From an uncultured Candidatus Saccharibacteria bacterium (GTDB taxonomy: Bacteria > Patescibacteriota > Minisyncoccia > Phycocordibacterales > UBA9973): 64,000 bases of DNA. The notes beneath the pieces were generated by a model that was given only the letters and a program-made list of their open reading frames with translations, searched no databases and was not told where the DNA came from. A program made the translations under genes and the position numbers. This document shows positions 52,101-61,547 of the stretch, in pieces (within the stretch, counting starts at the first letter, position 1; every line of letters starts with the position of its first letter). The stretch covers positions 6,010 through 70,009 of the forward strand of contig CAZGOI010000001.1 in assembly GCA_964527185.1 (NCBI GenBank), written 5' to 3'.

Positions 52101-52233
52101 ATGTATTATTATTTACTAAAAATAAAAACCCCAGTGAGGTTTACGTGCATAGAATATACAATAACTGGTCTTTTTTTGCAAATAAAAAGCCACATCGCTC
52201 AAGCGACACGGCTTTGAAAATATCAAAAGTAAA

Positions 52234-52944
52234 TTAAGCTACTTTTTTCCAATATTTTGGAAAACGAGAATAAATTTGAGAGATCTCTTTTACAGATAAG
52301 TTGCCAAATATACTATTTATTAAATAAGTTCTTTCTACCCCGATTTGATCATTTAATTTAAATTGATCGGCAGTGTTGAAGACTTTAAGTTCTTCCTCTA
52401 AGAAAGAACTACACTTTTTAATAAGTTCCTTGTCTTCTTTTTTATCTTTAAGGATGAAACCGAAGGAGTATTCGAAAAACACCTTTTGAATTCTGTTATA
52501 TGCAGAAAATAAATTGACTTGAGCCAAGAGGACCTGAACTGATATCATAGCTTTACCAACCTCTCTCCCAGATATAAGCCCGAGACCAACAGGGTCAAAT
52601 AGGGGTTTTGGTCTATCTTTGGTTTCTTCAGTTTTTCTATCAATCGCATCAGATATTTTCTCGTCAGAATATTTTTCATTCAATTGATTAGAATAAACGA
52701 TAATTTTATTTAACAAATCTCGACATTCATCGATTTTTTGAATTGTTTCATTGTTATAGAATTCGTTATTTTCATTTTGCTCCAAGAACAAAAAGAGTTT
52801 TTTTCTTTCTAGATTAGCAACCTCCATTGCTTTTGCTAGTTCTAGTTTTCTTTCATTTTTTAAAATCTGACGCTTTTTTTTATAGCGACGAACTATTACA
52901 ACTATAAGAACAATAAAAGTAAGGATGGCTAATAGTAATTTCAT
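52234..52944 (-). CDS. Hypothetical membrane-anchored coiled-coil protein
   Basis: N-terminal TM helix; AT-rich. Confidence 0.45.
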   Translation of the reverse strand: MKLLLAILTFIVLIVVIVRRYKKKRQILKNERKLELAKAMEVANLERKKLFLFLEQNENNEFYNNETIQKIDECRDLLNKIIVYSNQLNEKYSDEKISDAIDRKTEETKDRPKPLFDPVGLGLISGREVGKAMISVQVLLAQVNLFSAYNRIQKVFFEYSFGFILKDKKEDKELIKKCSSFLEEELKVFNTADQFKLNDQIGVERTYLINSIFGNLSVKEISQIYSRFPKYWKKVA

Positions 52945-53141
52945 GATCGTGAGTTTTTAAAGAGCGGTTGGTTTAACTCCGTTCACCTACAGACTAACAG
53001 TTCAAGGTATTTTTTGCAAACAAAAAGGAGGCTGGGGCCTCCTTGGTGAATGTTTTTAGAAAAACTATACAATTGAACTTTCAGGAATGTAGTCAAATAA
53101 AGAACCGGCTTTGGGGGCCGGTTCGGGTTGAAACATTTTAT

Positions 53142-53948
53142 TTACTTTGGGATTAAAATTAACCTTCTTTTTTTTAGTAAAAACCTTATCATGAAATGAT
53201 TCCCCGATATTTCGTTTAGAGATTTTTTAATAAAATCCTCTGCGTCGCTTATCGGTACTTGTATTACACAAGGTTCTTTTAAAGCCAGAGTGTGGACGAG
53301 GCCAGAAATAACAATTGGGGTGTAGCCCTCTTGTCGCAATTTGACACAGATAAATTTTATGTTTACTTCAAAAAAAATATCTTGTGCTGCGATAGCAATT
53401 GCTTTTAGTGCGCTGTCTTCTGTTTCTTTTGGGATATCTTCTACTTGCTTCAAATAAATCTGCGGGAAGCCAAAGTAGTCTATCGAATCTCTTTTTTCAG
53501 TAATATAGAAATATTTATTTTCCACCATATTTAAATACTCCATCGATCTGAAATAGGAATTTGCATCTCTTGGCCTAGTGTCGGCTGGCATCCATTTTGT
53601 GAATCCCATTTTTCTCATCTCTGGGGTTATCCAGATTGCTGAAGCAGAGTCGGTTGTTATCATGCCCATATTACAAATTGTTTCCGGGTACTCGACCACG
53701 AGAACAACTTTTTCGGGGTCGATAATTTTTGATAACATCCGGAAATGCTCGTTTATTATATCGATATCAGTATAGGCCATGTCGCCGTCATATATGGTGT
53801 CTTTGTGTATAACGCCGATGTTGGCAACTACATTCTTTGTCCCTGCTGGCAGGTAGGCCATGATGTATTTTTTTGTATCGGGCTTTTCCTGGGCAAATGA
53901 ATTAATCCACACTAAAAATGTGAGGAACGAGGTTATGATCTTTTTCAT
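53142..53948 (-). CDS. Hypothetical secreted protein
   Basis: Signal peptide MKKIITSFLTFLVWINSFAQ. Confidence 0.45.
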   Translation of the reverse strand: MKKIITSFLTFLVWINSFAQEKPDTKKYIMAYLPAGTKNVVANIGVIHKDTIYDGDMAYTDIDIINEHFRMLSKIIDPEKVVLVVEYPETICNMGMITTDSASAIWITPEMRKMGFTKWMPADTRPRDANSYFRSMEYLNMVENKYFYITEKRDSIDYFGFPQIYLKQVEDIPKETEDSALKAIAIAAQDIFFEVNIKFICVKLRQEGYTPIVISGLVHTLALKEPCVIQVPISDAEDFIKKSLNEISGNHFMIRFLLKKRRLILIPK

Positions 53949-54090
53949 AAGCTTTTATTTAGATTTTCGCAAAGTCTATCACTATTTTTTATTTAGTCAA
54001 CTAAAAATCCCCCGAGTGTGTTTCAAGAAAATGGCTTATTATTTTTGCAAACAAAAAAGCCCTCGCATTCGCGGGGACTTTTAACGAAGA

Positions 54091-55059
54091 TTAAAGTCCT
54101 AATTCTTTCAGAACATCACTTGTAGAAGTTGATTTGTGTTTCGAATTTAATGTTTTTGTGCTACTCCATAGCATTGAAACTAGCTGGCGGGGCTGAAAAC
54201 CAGAAACTTCACCGAGTCTGAGGATATAATTCTCCACAAGATCGTATTCCGTAATTCTTGGAGAAAATGGAACTATTTTATCCCTCCATTCGTATTCTTC
54301 ATGAAGATTGAAAGCTCTCATTAGCCAAGAATCAACAACGACGGCTTTTTTGTCTCCCAATATCGCTCTGGCAAAATTCATGATTTTCCTGCGACCATTG
54401 CGCGAATCTTTTCCAAATGCAAATTCTCCATTCCTGAAATCATTAAGAATCTTAACAACGGAAGGAAGGAAGCCTTCGTTCTCAAACTTTTTACCCTTTT
54501 TGTACAATTCATAGGCATGTTTTGCATGAATAAGGTTTGTCTTGAAATGATTACGAGGGCTCGTTATGGCAAAAAGCTTAACAAAAAGCTCTATGTCATA
54601 ATCACGAAACGTTTCCTTGAAAGCTTTCAGGGTTTCCGGATACCAGTTCCTTGCATTATATCCATGATATAGATATTTACTGATACTGAATTCATCGAAT
54701 TCGTATTTTTTCAGCAAATCTTCATTTTCTTCATAGAAAGATTCAAGAGCAAAAGGTTCATTGAAATTCATTGCCCCAGAAGTCAAAATAGATAAAAACA
54801 TGTCTGGATTTTCTGAAGCTGATTCTTCAGCAAAGCTTTCAATGTCGCGAGAAATACTTGCTAACTCTCTAGGATCATCCATTGGGGTAAACATTTCTGC
54901 AATAGTAAGACTATCGCATTGTAGTTGCGGTTTTTTCAAGCCACAGAGTACAAATAGTGGCAGAATCCAAACTTCATGCTTGGGAATATGCCTTGAGACA
55001 AACTCTGGCTTGTTCTTTTTAACAATAGTTGTTAGTGTATTTTTTTTACCTCGTTTCAT
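54091..55059 (-). CDS. Hypothetical protein
   Basis: A 322-aa ORF with no recognisable motif. Confidence 0.45.
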   Translation of the reverse strand: MKRGKKNTLTTIVKKNKPEFVSRHIPKHEVWILPLFVLCGLKKPQLQCDSLTIAEMFTPMDDPRELASISRDIESFAEESASENPDMFLSILTSGAMNFNEPFALESFYEENEDLLKKYEFDEFSISKYLYHGYNARNWYPETLKAFKETFRDYDIELFVKLFAITSPRNHFKTNLIHAKHAYELYKKGKKFENEGFLPSVVKILNDFRNGEFAFGKDSRNGRRKIMNFARAILGDKKAVVVDSWLMRAFNLHEEYEWRDKIVPFSPRITEYDLVENYILRLGEVSGFQPRQLVSMLWSSTKTLNSKHKSTSTSDVLKELGL

Positions 55060-55158
55060 ATATTAAGTTTTTAAGTTGATTTAGAACTACACTAACATTT
55101 TTTTAAAAATTGTCAATGAAGAAAACTCCCCCTTTCGGGGGCTTTTAAATTTGATTAT

Positions 55159-55629
55159 TTACCAAGCAAAGTGGGCAAAGGCTTTGTTGGCCTCGGCCAT
55201 CTTGTGAGTATCGTCGCGCTTTTTGACTGCGCTACCTTCGTTTTTTGAAGCCAGGATTAATTCTTCAGCGAGTTTCTCGTGTATCGGCGCGCCTTTTTTG
55301 CTGCGAGCAGCCAAGATGATCCATCGCATGGCGAGCGCGGTGCGGCGCTCGGGGCGAACTTCGCGCGGGACTTGGTAGTTGGCGCCACCGATTCGGCGAG
55401 AGCGCACTTCTACTTGCGGTCCGGCATTTTTAATAGCCGTATCGAAAACTTCGAGCGGGTTTGGGTTGCCAGTTTTTTCTTTGATGATATCAAAGGCTTT
55501 GTAGACAGATTTACGGGCAGTCTCTTTCTTGCCGTGGAGCATGATGCTATTTATGAATTTAGAAAGTCTTTCTGAATTGTAGACTATATCTGCTTCAACT
55601 ATATTTCGATTTTTTACTTTTCTTCGCAT
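55159..55629 (-). CDS. rpsG: 30S ribosomal protein S7
   Basis: 156 aa with an S7 family pattern (…AMRWIILAARSK…). Confidence 0.95.
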   Translation of the reverse strand: MRRKVKNRNIVEADIVYNSERLSKFINSIMLHGKKETARKSVYKAFDIIKEKTGNPNPLEVFDTAIKNAGPQVEVRSRRIGGANYQVPREVRPERRTALAMRWIILAARSKKGAPIHEKLAEELILASKNEGSAVKKRDDTHKMAEANKAFAHFAW

Positions 55630-55632
55630 AGA

Positions 55633-56055
55633 TTATTTCTTGGCTGCTTTTGGCTTTTTGTTACCGTAGAGACTTCGCGATTGTCGGCGCTTCTCGACGC
55701 CGGTCGTGTCGAGCCGGCCACGAACGATGTGGTATCTAACACCGATCAGGTCTTTGACGCGTCCACCGCGAATCATGACAACCGAGTGCTCTTGCAAATT
55801 GTGGCCTTCGCCGGGAATATAGGCTGTAACTTCCATACCATTTGTCAGACGAACGCGGGCGATTTTTCTAAGGGCCGAGTTTGGTTTCTTCGGGGTCGTA
55901 GTCGTGACTTTGGTGCAAACGCCACGCTTGAAAGGCGCCGGGTAAAAGACCGGTCGGTTTTTGATCGAATTAAAACCGCGAGCAAGGGCTACGGCTTTAG
56001 ATTTTTTTATGACTTTTTTACGGCTCTTGCGAACCAGTTGATTGATCGTTGGCAT
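55633..56055 (-). CDS. rpsL: 30S ribosomal protein S12
   Basis: [10 protein letters not shown]…[10 protein letters not shown]…; highly conserved S12. Confidence 0.95.
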   Translation of the reverse strand: MPTINQLVRKSRKKVIKKSKAVALARGFNSIKNRPVFYPAPFKRGVCTKVTTTTPKKPNSALRKIARVRLTNGMEVTAYIPGEGHNLQEHSVVMIRGGRVKDLIGVRYHIVRGRLDTTGVEKRRQSRSLYGNKKPKAAKK

Positions 56056-56108
56056 TCTAAAATAAAAATAGTCGCTTGGACTAGTAGGGATACTCTACTA
56101 TAGGAGGC

Positions 56109-56756
56109 CTAAAATTGCAAGCCAGTCAGCCCCGAAAATACACTGAAAACAAAGGGCGCTACGTAGACCCAGAGGAATATAATGAAAAAGAGCAATAAAA
56201 ACATGCCCCAGCGCTCTAGAAAATTTTGAAGTGGTCGCATACCTGGCGGCAGCATCGAGAACAGGATTTTTGAACCATCAAGCGGCGGAATAGGAATGAT
56301 GTTGAAAAGGGTGAGGACTAGATTGGTTATGACGATCATCGTCGTGATTTTATAAAATGGGCTGACGATTGTCGGGTTATTTGTATATGATGGCAAGCCA
56401 AGCTCTGGCGCAAAACGAATGAGTAGACCAAATATTACGGCGATAAAAATATTTGCCAGAATTCCAGCCAAGGCGACTACGAGTGTCCCCCTTCGTGGAT
56501 TGCGCAAATTGGCAGGATTGTATGGCACCGGTTTGGCCCAGCCGACGACAAAACCGGCTTGGGAAAATATTAATAGGAGGGGCAGGATAACCGAACCAAA
56601 TGGGTCTAGATGCTTGAGCGGATTGAGTGTCAGCCGGCCAGAAGACCGGGCTGTGTTGTCGCCCAACAAGTAGGCGCTATAGCCATGGGCAAATTCATGG
56701 ATGACGATTGAAACTATCAATATGACCACATAGAAAATTCCGTCTATAGCTTGCAT
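56109..56756 (-). CDS. M50 family (site-2 protease-like) intramembrane metalloprotease
   Basis: HEFAHGY (HExxH within a TM helix) and a multi-TM architecture. Confidence 0.75.
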   Translation of the reverse strand: MQAIDGIFYVVILIVSIVIHEFAHGYSAYLLGDNTARSSGRLTLNPLKHLDPFGSVILPLLLIFSQAGFVVGWAKPVPYNPANLRNPRRGTLVVALAGILANIFIAVIFGLLIRFAPELGLPSYTNNPTIVSPFYKITTMIVITNLVLTLFNIIPIPPLDGSKILFSMLPPGMRPLQNFLERWGMFLLLFFIIFLWVYVAPFVFSVFSGLTGLQF

Positions 56757-56790
56757 ATATATGCCCTATATGATAGCATGTGGCTCACGT

Positions 56791-57036
56791 ATGGCAAAAA
56801 TTTGCGCTGTAACTAAAAAAGGTTCAAAAATGACGGGTGGTTACTCGAACGTTGTTCGTGCTACCAAGTTTAACCCGACTGGCAAAGTCCGCAAATATCC
56901 AAACCTTCAGAAAAAGCGCGTCTATGTGCCAGAACTTAAAAAATATATTCCTCTCACACTTTCAACTGGCGCCATCAAGACTATAAATAAACACGGGGCC
57001 TACAAAGTCCTCAAAAAAGCTGGTGTTATAAAATAA
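56791..57036 (+). CDS. rpmB: 50S ribosomal protein L28
   Basis: MAKICAVTKKGSKMTGGYSNVVRATKFNPTGKVRKYPNLQKKRVYVPELKKYIPLTLSTGAIKTINKHG matches the L28 family. The start was chosen at MAKIC. Confidence 0.8.
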   Translation: MAKICAVTKKGSKMTGGYSNVVRATKFNPTGKVRKYPNLQKKRVYVPELKKYIPLTLSTGAIKTINKHGAYKVLKKAGVIK

Positions 57037-57061
57037 AAATCCCGATTGATCGGGATTTTTA
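57035..57061. terminator. Bidirectional rho-independent terminator (copy 1 of an identical 27-nt element)
   Basis: aaaaatcccgattgatcgggattttta: a perfect 7-bp stem with A/T runs on both sides, between the convergent rpmB (+) and 57059..57700 (-). Confidence 0.6.
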
Positions 57062-57700
57062 TTCTTGAATTCTAAATATTTCTAGAAGTTCTGGGAGTTG
57101 TTTAGTTTCACAAACAAAAACTACTTCTGTCCATGTAGTTATTGTTTCAGTAAGTGAAATCTTTTTTTCCGCAATTTTATGAAGTAAAGAAAAAATAATA
57201 TTTGGTTTGAAATGATATTCCGAACTAATAGAAATACCTATTGCTGAGAGGTTTTTTATTAAGAGTATTGGTTTTGTTTTCATATGAGAAATAACCTTTT
57301 CTGATTTTGATTCACTACATATTATTATAATTGTGCGAGTATTTTGTGAAAAACTGAACCATTCATCAATTCCAGGGGAAATTGCTTTCTCTAAAGTAAC
57401 AAGTTTTTGAGAAATAGAAGGGTTTTTTTCAAATACGATTTCTGATAGGGGTGTTTTCACTGTAATATTGTCAATAACAACTTTTTGTAAAAGCGGATTA
57501 ACGCCTTCAAGTTTTCTGTGGAGACGAGAGAGGGACATAATGATTGTTGTTATTTTTACATTTTTTTTGGTTTTTAATTCAACTTTTTTATGGATTGTTC
57601 TGGAGTAGCTGGAAAGATTGAGTATACCTCGCGACAAGGCAGATATAGCTTCGTGGTCTTTCTTTATTATTTCCTCTACAATAGTTCCAACTTTTATCAT
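57059..57700 (-). CDS. Hypothetical protein
   Basis: A 213-aa AT-rich ORF. Confidence 0.4.
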   Translation of the reverse strand: MIKVGTIVEEIIKKDHEAISALSRGILNLSSYSRTIHKKVELKTKKNVKITTIIMSLSRLHRKLEGVNPLLQKVVIDNITVKTPLSEIVFEKNPSISQKLVTLEKAISPGIDEWFSFSQNTRTIIIICSESKSEKVISHMKTKPILLIKNLSAIGISISSEYHFKPNIIFSLLHKIAEKKISLTETITTWTEVVFVCETKQLPELLEIFRIQE

Positions 57701-57815
57701 GTTATAAATATAACAAATATTTATAATTCACACAAATTATAGTTTTATTTTGTTTTCAGTGACAGAATTTTTATACTAAAAAAGTAAATTTATTGTTCAT
57801 TAAAAAATAAAAAAC

Positions 57816-58118
57816 ATGAGACAGATCATTATTACAGTCGACATGACAAATGGAAATTTAATTTCTATGTCTGAGAAAATCGGAAAGGATTCCCCTATTT
57901 TAATAGAAACTGTAGATGGTTTAAATGGATGGGAAAAATTTAAAGAAACCACATTAGAAGACATTCTAAAGGCCCATAAAATATTTGGTGGAATAAGAGA
58001 GGCGCCAATAGGATGTAGTGGTTATGGAGCAATCGAAGATTTTATTAAATTAGAGATTGAAAATAGGAAACAAGCTACTGTTAAAAAAATTGCTAAATTT
58101 TTCGCTTCTATCCTTTAA
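57816..58118 (+). CDS. Hypothetical protein
   Basis: A 100-aa ORF. Confidence 0.4.
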   Translation: MRQIIITVDMTNGNLISMSEKIGKDSPILIETVDGLNGWEKFKETTLEDILKAHKIFGGIREAPIGCSGYGAIEDFIKLEIENRKQATVKKIAKFFASIL

Positions 58119-58133
58119 TTTTTTAACTCAGTG

Positions 58134-58160
58134 AAAAATCCCGATTGATCGGGATTTTTA
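58134..58160. terminator. Rho-independent terminator (copy 2, identical to 57035..57061)
   Basis: Identical 27-mer aaaaatcccgattgatcgggattttta located 16 nt after the 57816..58118 stop. Confidence 0.6.
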
Positions 58161-58161
58161 T

Positions 58162-58390
58162 TTGACAGTCTATTTTATTAATATAGAATTAAATTGAATT
58201 AGTGAGATTTCATGGTAATCAAGTAGGATTCCGCACTTAGAGTTTCTAAATGTATCTTTACCGAGATATTTTAGAATGCTGGTCTGTCTCAAAAACAGGT
58301 CCACAGTAGGATCTTGCTGTGGTTGCCCCTCCCAAATATAACTTCTCTTAAACAAGGGAGCCCCCTCTGGTTTCGACCGGAGGGTTTTTA
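58162..58390 (+). ncRNA. Candidate small RNA locus (~195 nt) with its own promoter and terminator; identity unknown
   Basis: Promoter: TTGACA (58162..58167), 16 nt, TAGAAT (58184..58189). Plus-strand terminator 58359..58390 (ccctctgg-tttcga-ccggaggg followed by TTTTT). There is no plus-strand ORF longer than 21 codons in between. Confidence 0.3.
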
Positions 58391-59248
58391 ATACATGAGC
58401 TTAACCCCATCGGTTTTAAAAATGATTGTTCCTTTTTGGAATGTTATGAGGTATGGGATGTGCAAGTCATCGAGCCGGTCGATAACTTCTTTGTGCGGGT
58501 GGCCATATTTATTGTTGAGGCCGGCTGAGATTACCGCAACTTGCGGCGAGACATCTTCAAGCCAAGACTCGCTCGAGGAAGTCCGTGAGCCGTGGTGGCC
58601 AAGTTTTAATACCTGTGAGCGCAGCGTCTCTACGGGTTCATTTTTCTCAATTAGCGATTCGGTATAGGCAGTTGCATCACCCATGAGCATAAAAGATTCA
58701 TTGCCATAGACGAGCTTGCCGACTATCGAACCGTCGTTGGTTTTCCAGGTCGAAACGTCGCGGTCTGGGAATAAAATATCAAAATAAATATTTTTATCTT
58801 TATCGAGAACTATCTTCATGCCGCGGCGGGCGATTTCTTTTTTAACTCCATCTTTTGCAATTTCATTTTCGAGTGTTTTGTAGGTTAGTGAACTATTAAA
58901 AGTCCCGGGTTCGAGAATCTCGCCGACTTTATAATTGCGCAAAACGTCGATAAACCCCCCGATGTGGTCGCGGTCTGGATTGGTGACAACGATCATATCT
59001 ATCGATCGGTCGCCAAACGGCATGACCTGCGAGAGCCGCGACAAAACTATGGCGTTCGGGCCACCGTCAACCAGTATCTGCCGGCCGTTCGGGGCTTCTA
59101 TATAGATGGCATCGCCTTGGCCGATATCTAGAAAAGCGACTTTCAGGATATTATTTGGAGTATTTTTGTGGTGGAAATACCAGATGGCCAGGATGCCCAA
59201 GATGGCGAGTATGGCTATATATGGCAGATATTTGCGGAAATTTTTCAT
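58388..59248 (-). CDS. ComEC/Rec2 C-terminal metallo-beta-lactamase domain protein (stand-alone)
   Basis: N-terminal TM helix. MBL motifs: VAFLDIGQGDAIYIE, LVDGGP, and HxHxDH-like NPDRDHIGG. C-terminal GHHGSRTSSS. Confidence 0.8.
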   Translation of the reverse strand: MKNFRKYLPYIAILAILGILAIWYFHHKNTPNNILKVAFLDIGQGDAIYIEAPNGRQILVDGGPNAIVLSRLSQVMPFGDRSIDMIVVTNPDRDHIGGFIDVLRNYKVGEILEPGTFNSSLTYKTLENEIAKDGVKKEIARRGMKIVLDKDKNIYFDILFPDRDVSTWKTNDGSIVGKLVYGNESFMLMGDATAYTESLIEKNEPVETLRSQVLKLGHHGSRTSSSESWLEDVSPQVAVISAGLNNKYGHPHKEVIDRLDDLHIPYLITFQKGTIIFKTDGVKLMY

Positions 59249-59380
59249 GATATACTGTCTATATTAGCATTATTGTAATTGGAGTAAACATTTTCAAGAA
59301 AAAACGTCTGGCCCGCGCCGCGATCAAGCCGACGGGGGTCCGAGGACTTTTTTATTTGAAATGTTTACGGACTAAATTTT

Positions 59381-59974
59381 ATGGAAAAATTTACAGAAAA
59401 AAAATTCGATATTCCTGAACTAAAAGGCATATCAAAGAAAAATATCGAGGAGCACCTTAAGCTCTATGCTGGCTATGTGAAAAATACAAATTTGATTTTT
59501 GAAAAAGTCGGCGAATTGATGGCTGACCCAGAAAAGAATGCCTATGTGGTTGGTGAACTCATGCGCCGGCTTGGTTTTGAATGGAATGGCATGCGCAACC
59601 ACGAGCAATATTTTGCATCACTCTCAGGTGGGGCAAAACCTCTTTCTGATGACTCCTCTCTTAAAATAGCGATGGAGAAACAAGCAGGCTCGATAGAAAA
59701 CTGGATGCTCGGGTTCAAACATTTGGCCATGACTCGGGGTGTCGGCTGGGCTGTAATATATTGGGACAAGGAATCAAAACAACTCGTACCAGCCTGGATC
59801 GACGAACAGCACTTGGGGCAATTGAATGGCCTCTCGTGGATACTCGGAATTGATATGTGGGAACATGCATATGTTTATGACTATCCAACCAGCGAGAAGA
59901 AAAAATATGTTGAAGCATTTTTTGAAAATCTAAATTGGTCTGTGATCGAAGAAAATTTTAATAAGGTGAAATAA
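59381..59974 (+). CDS. Fe/Mn-family superoxide dismutase (divergent N-terminal His cluster)
   Basis: DMWEHAYVYDY (DxWEHAYY), WNGMRNHEQYF, and the N-terminal IEEH…Y; metal ligands H, H, D, H are all present. Confidence 0.8.
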   Translation: MEKFTEKKFDIPELKGISKKNIEEHLKLYAGYVKNTNLIFEKVGELMADPEKNAYVVGELMRRLGFEWNGMRNHEQYFASLSGGAKPLSDDSSLKIAMEKQAGSIENWMLGFKHLAMTRGVGWAVIYWDKESKQLVPAWIDEQHLGQLNGLSWILGIDMWEHAYVYDYPTSEKKKYVEAFFENLNWSVIEENFNKVK

Positions 59975-60251
59975 AAAAAGCCCCTTAATCGTTTGATCAA
60001 GGGGCGCATGTTCACAAGTTCTTGGTTTTTGGATTGATTACTATAATAATTACGATCCGAAGGATAATTGCACATTGTTGCCTGTTTTTTGGATATACAG
60101 GGGGAATCGACAGAGGATTACGTTCAACAACATATAGCTTTTATACCTTGCCCATCTCCTTTTAATTATTGTATGGGGGATTAGGGTTGTTGTAAGTACT
60201 AAAAATACCAATCCTTTTTCGATTACTATTTTACTACTATATAGAATCTTG

Positions 60252-61547
60252 TCAATCCTTTTTCCACACCCAGACGCCAATGAGGAGATATAGCGCGAGT
60301 GTGAGTATAAGCGGGAATGAAGAAAAATTTAGACTGGCAAATGGCAGGGTCGCAAAGAAGTGAATGGTAGCAAGGATATAGTAGAGTAATAGGTGCGCAA
60401 TGTATGCAAACGGCAAATAAATAATCGATGGTATGAAGCTCAAAATACCAGTGATGAAAATCAAAAACATGGCAAGTGGAATAATCGGCAAGATTAAAAC
60501 ATTGGCCGGCAGTGAGACGAGCGAAAGAATTCCAGTCGAATACAAAAGCAGCGGTAAGGTCGCAATATTTGCCGCCAGTGTTGTAGACACGACTTCGCGC
60601 AAACCAAAGCGCGCAGGTAAAAATCTCATAGCTTTCATAACGTGCGGGGTAATATACAGTACCCCAAACGTTGCAAGGAATGACAATTGAAAAGAAATAT
60701 CAGATAGTATGCGCGGGTCGTAGGCAACCATAATAAAGAGTGCAGTGGCGAGCGCCCGGCCGGCTTCATATTTTCTGCCAGTCAGCCGCCCGATGAGCGC
60801 AATCGAGGCCATGATACCAGCACGAATAGCTGTTGCCCCGCCGCCAGATAAAATTATAAAAAGTATTATAAAAAGTATGCCGAGGCTGACCGAAAAAACT
60901 TGCGTCAGGATTAATCCAAAAACTTTCATCACACCTTCGGCCACAATCGTGATGTTATAACCCGATAAGGCAACGATATGAATGGTGCCGGTCGTAATAA
61001 ATTCGTTGCGCATATTTTGGTCAAACCCGCCGCGGGTGCCGAGCACCAGTCCGAGGGCCAAATCGCTTTCGGGCGGGTTGATTGCGTTATTTATATTTTT
61101 TGAAAACGCGTCTCTAAATTTAAAAAGCCAAGATTTTAAAATGCTCCCATTGCCGTGAGAAATTATTTCGACTTTTGCATTTTCTACAATATAGTAAATG
61201 TCTTGGTTTGCCAAATACCTGATGTAATTAAATTCTTTGCCCGATTGGGTTTCAAAATTTTTCGGCGTCGTTAGGGTGCCATCAATTTTCACCATATCTC
61301 CATAGGAAATTTCTATGTCTTTGTCGGCCACGACTAAAATATTTTCAGAACTATTTTCTGTCTCTACTATAATCCGCTGGTTTGCAAGTCTAATATCGGG
61401 CGGGCTACTGACTACGCCATTGAATGTAATAGCTTTGCCGATGGCACTACTATAGTCTCTCGGCTGCGGTAGAAAAAATAAAAAACGAACGAGGGCTATC
61501 GTCAGGAGTAATAAAATAATAATTATATCACTTCTCCTTAGATGCAT
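60252..61547 (-). CDS. comEC: ComEC/Rec2 competence channel protein (DUF4131 + Competence domain), lacking the MBL domain
   Basis: N-terminal OB-like domain, then the multi-TM Competence domain (…LGLVLGTRGGFD…TGTIHIVALSGYNI…). Confidence 0.8.
   Translation of the reverse strand: MHLRRSDIIIILLLLTIALVRFLFFLPQPRDYSSAIGKAITFNGVVSSPPDIRLANQRIIVETENSSENILVVADKDIEISYGDMVKIDGTLTTPKNFETQSGKEFNYIRYLANQDIYYIVENAKVEIISHGNGSILKSWLFKFRDAFSKNINNAINPPESDLALGLVLGTRGGFDQNMRNEFITTGTIHIVALSGYNITIVAEGVMKVFGLILTQVFSVSLGILFIILFIILSGGGATAIRAGIMASIALIGRLTGRKYEAGRALATALFIMVAYDPRILSDISFQLSFLATFGVLYITPHVMKAMRFLPARFGLREVVSTTLAANIATLPLLLYSTGILSLVSLPANVLILPIIPLAMFLIFITGILSFIPSIIYLPFAYIAHLLLYYILATIHFFATLPFASLNFSSFPLILTLALYLLIGVWVWKKD

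Noticed and set aside
58170-58355. The 61-aa minus-strand ORF in the region I call a candidate ncRNA.
   Set aside because: It has no RBS-like context. It overlaps the promoter-to-terminator unit on the opposite strand, and its composition is atypical. It was not confidently excluded, so it is kept only as an alternative.
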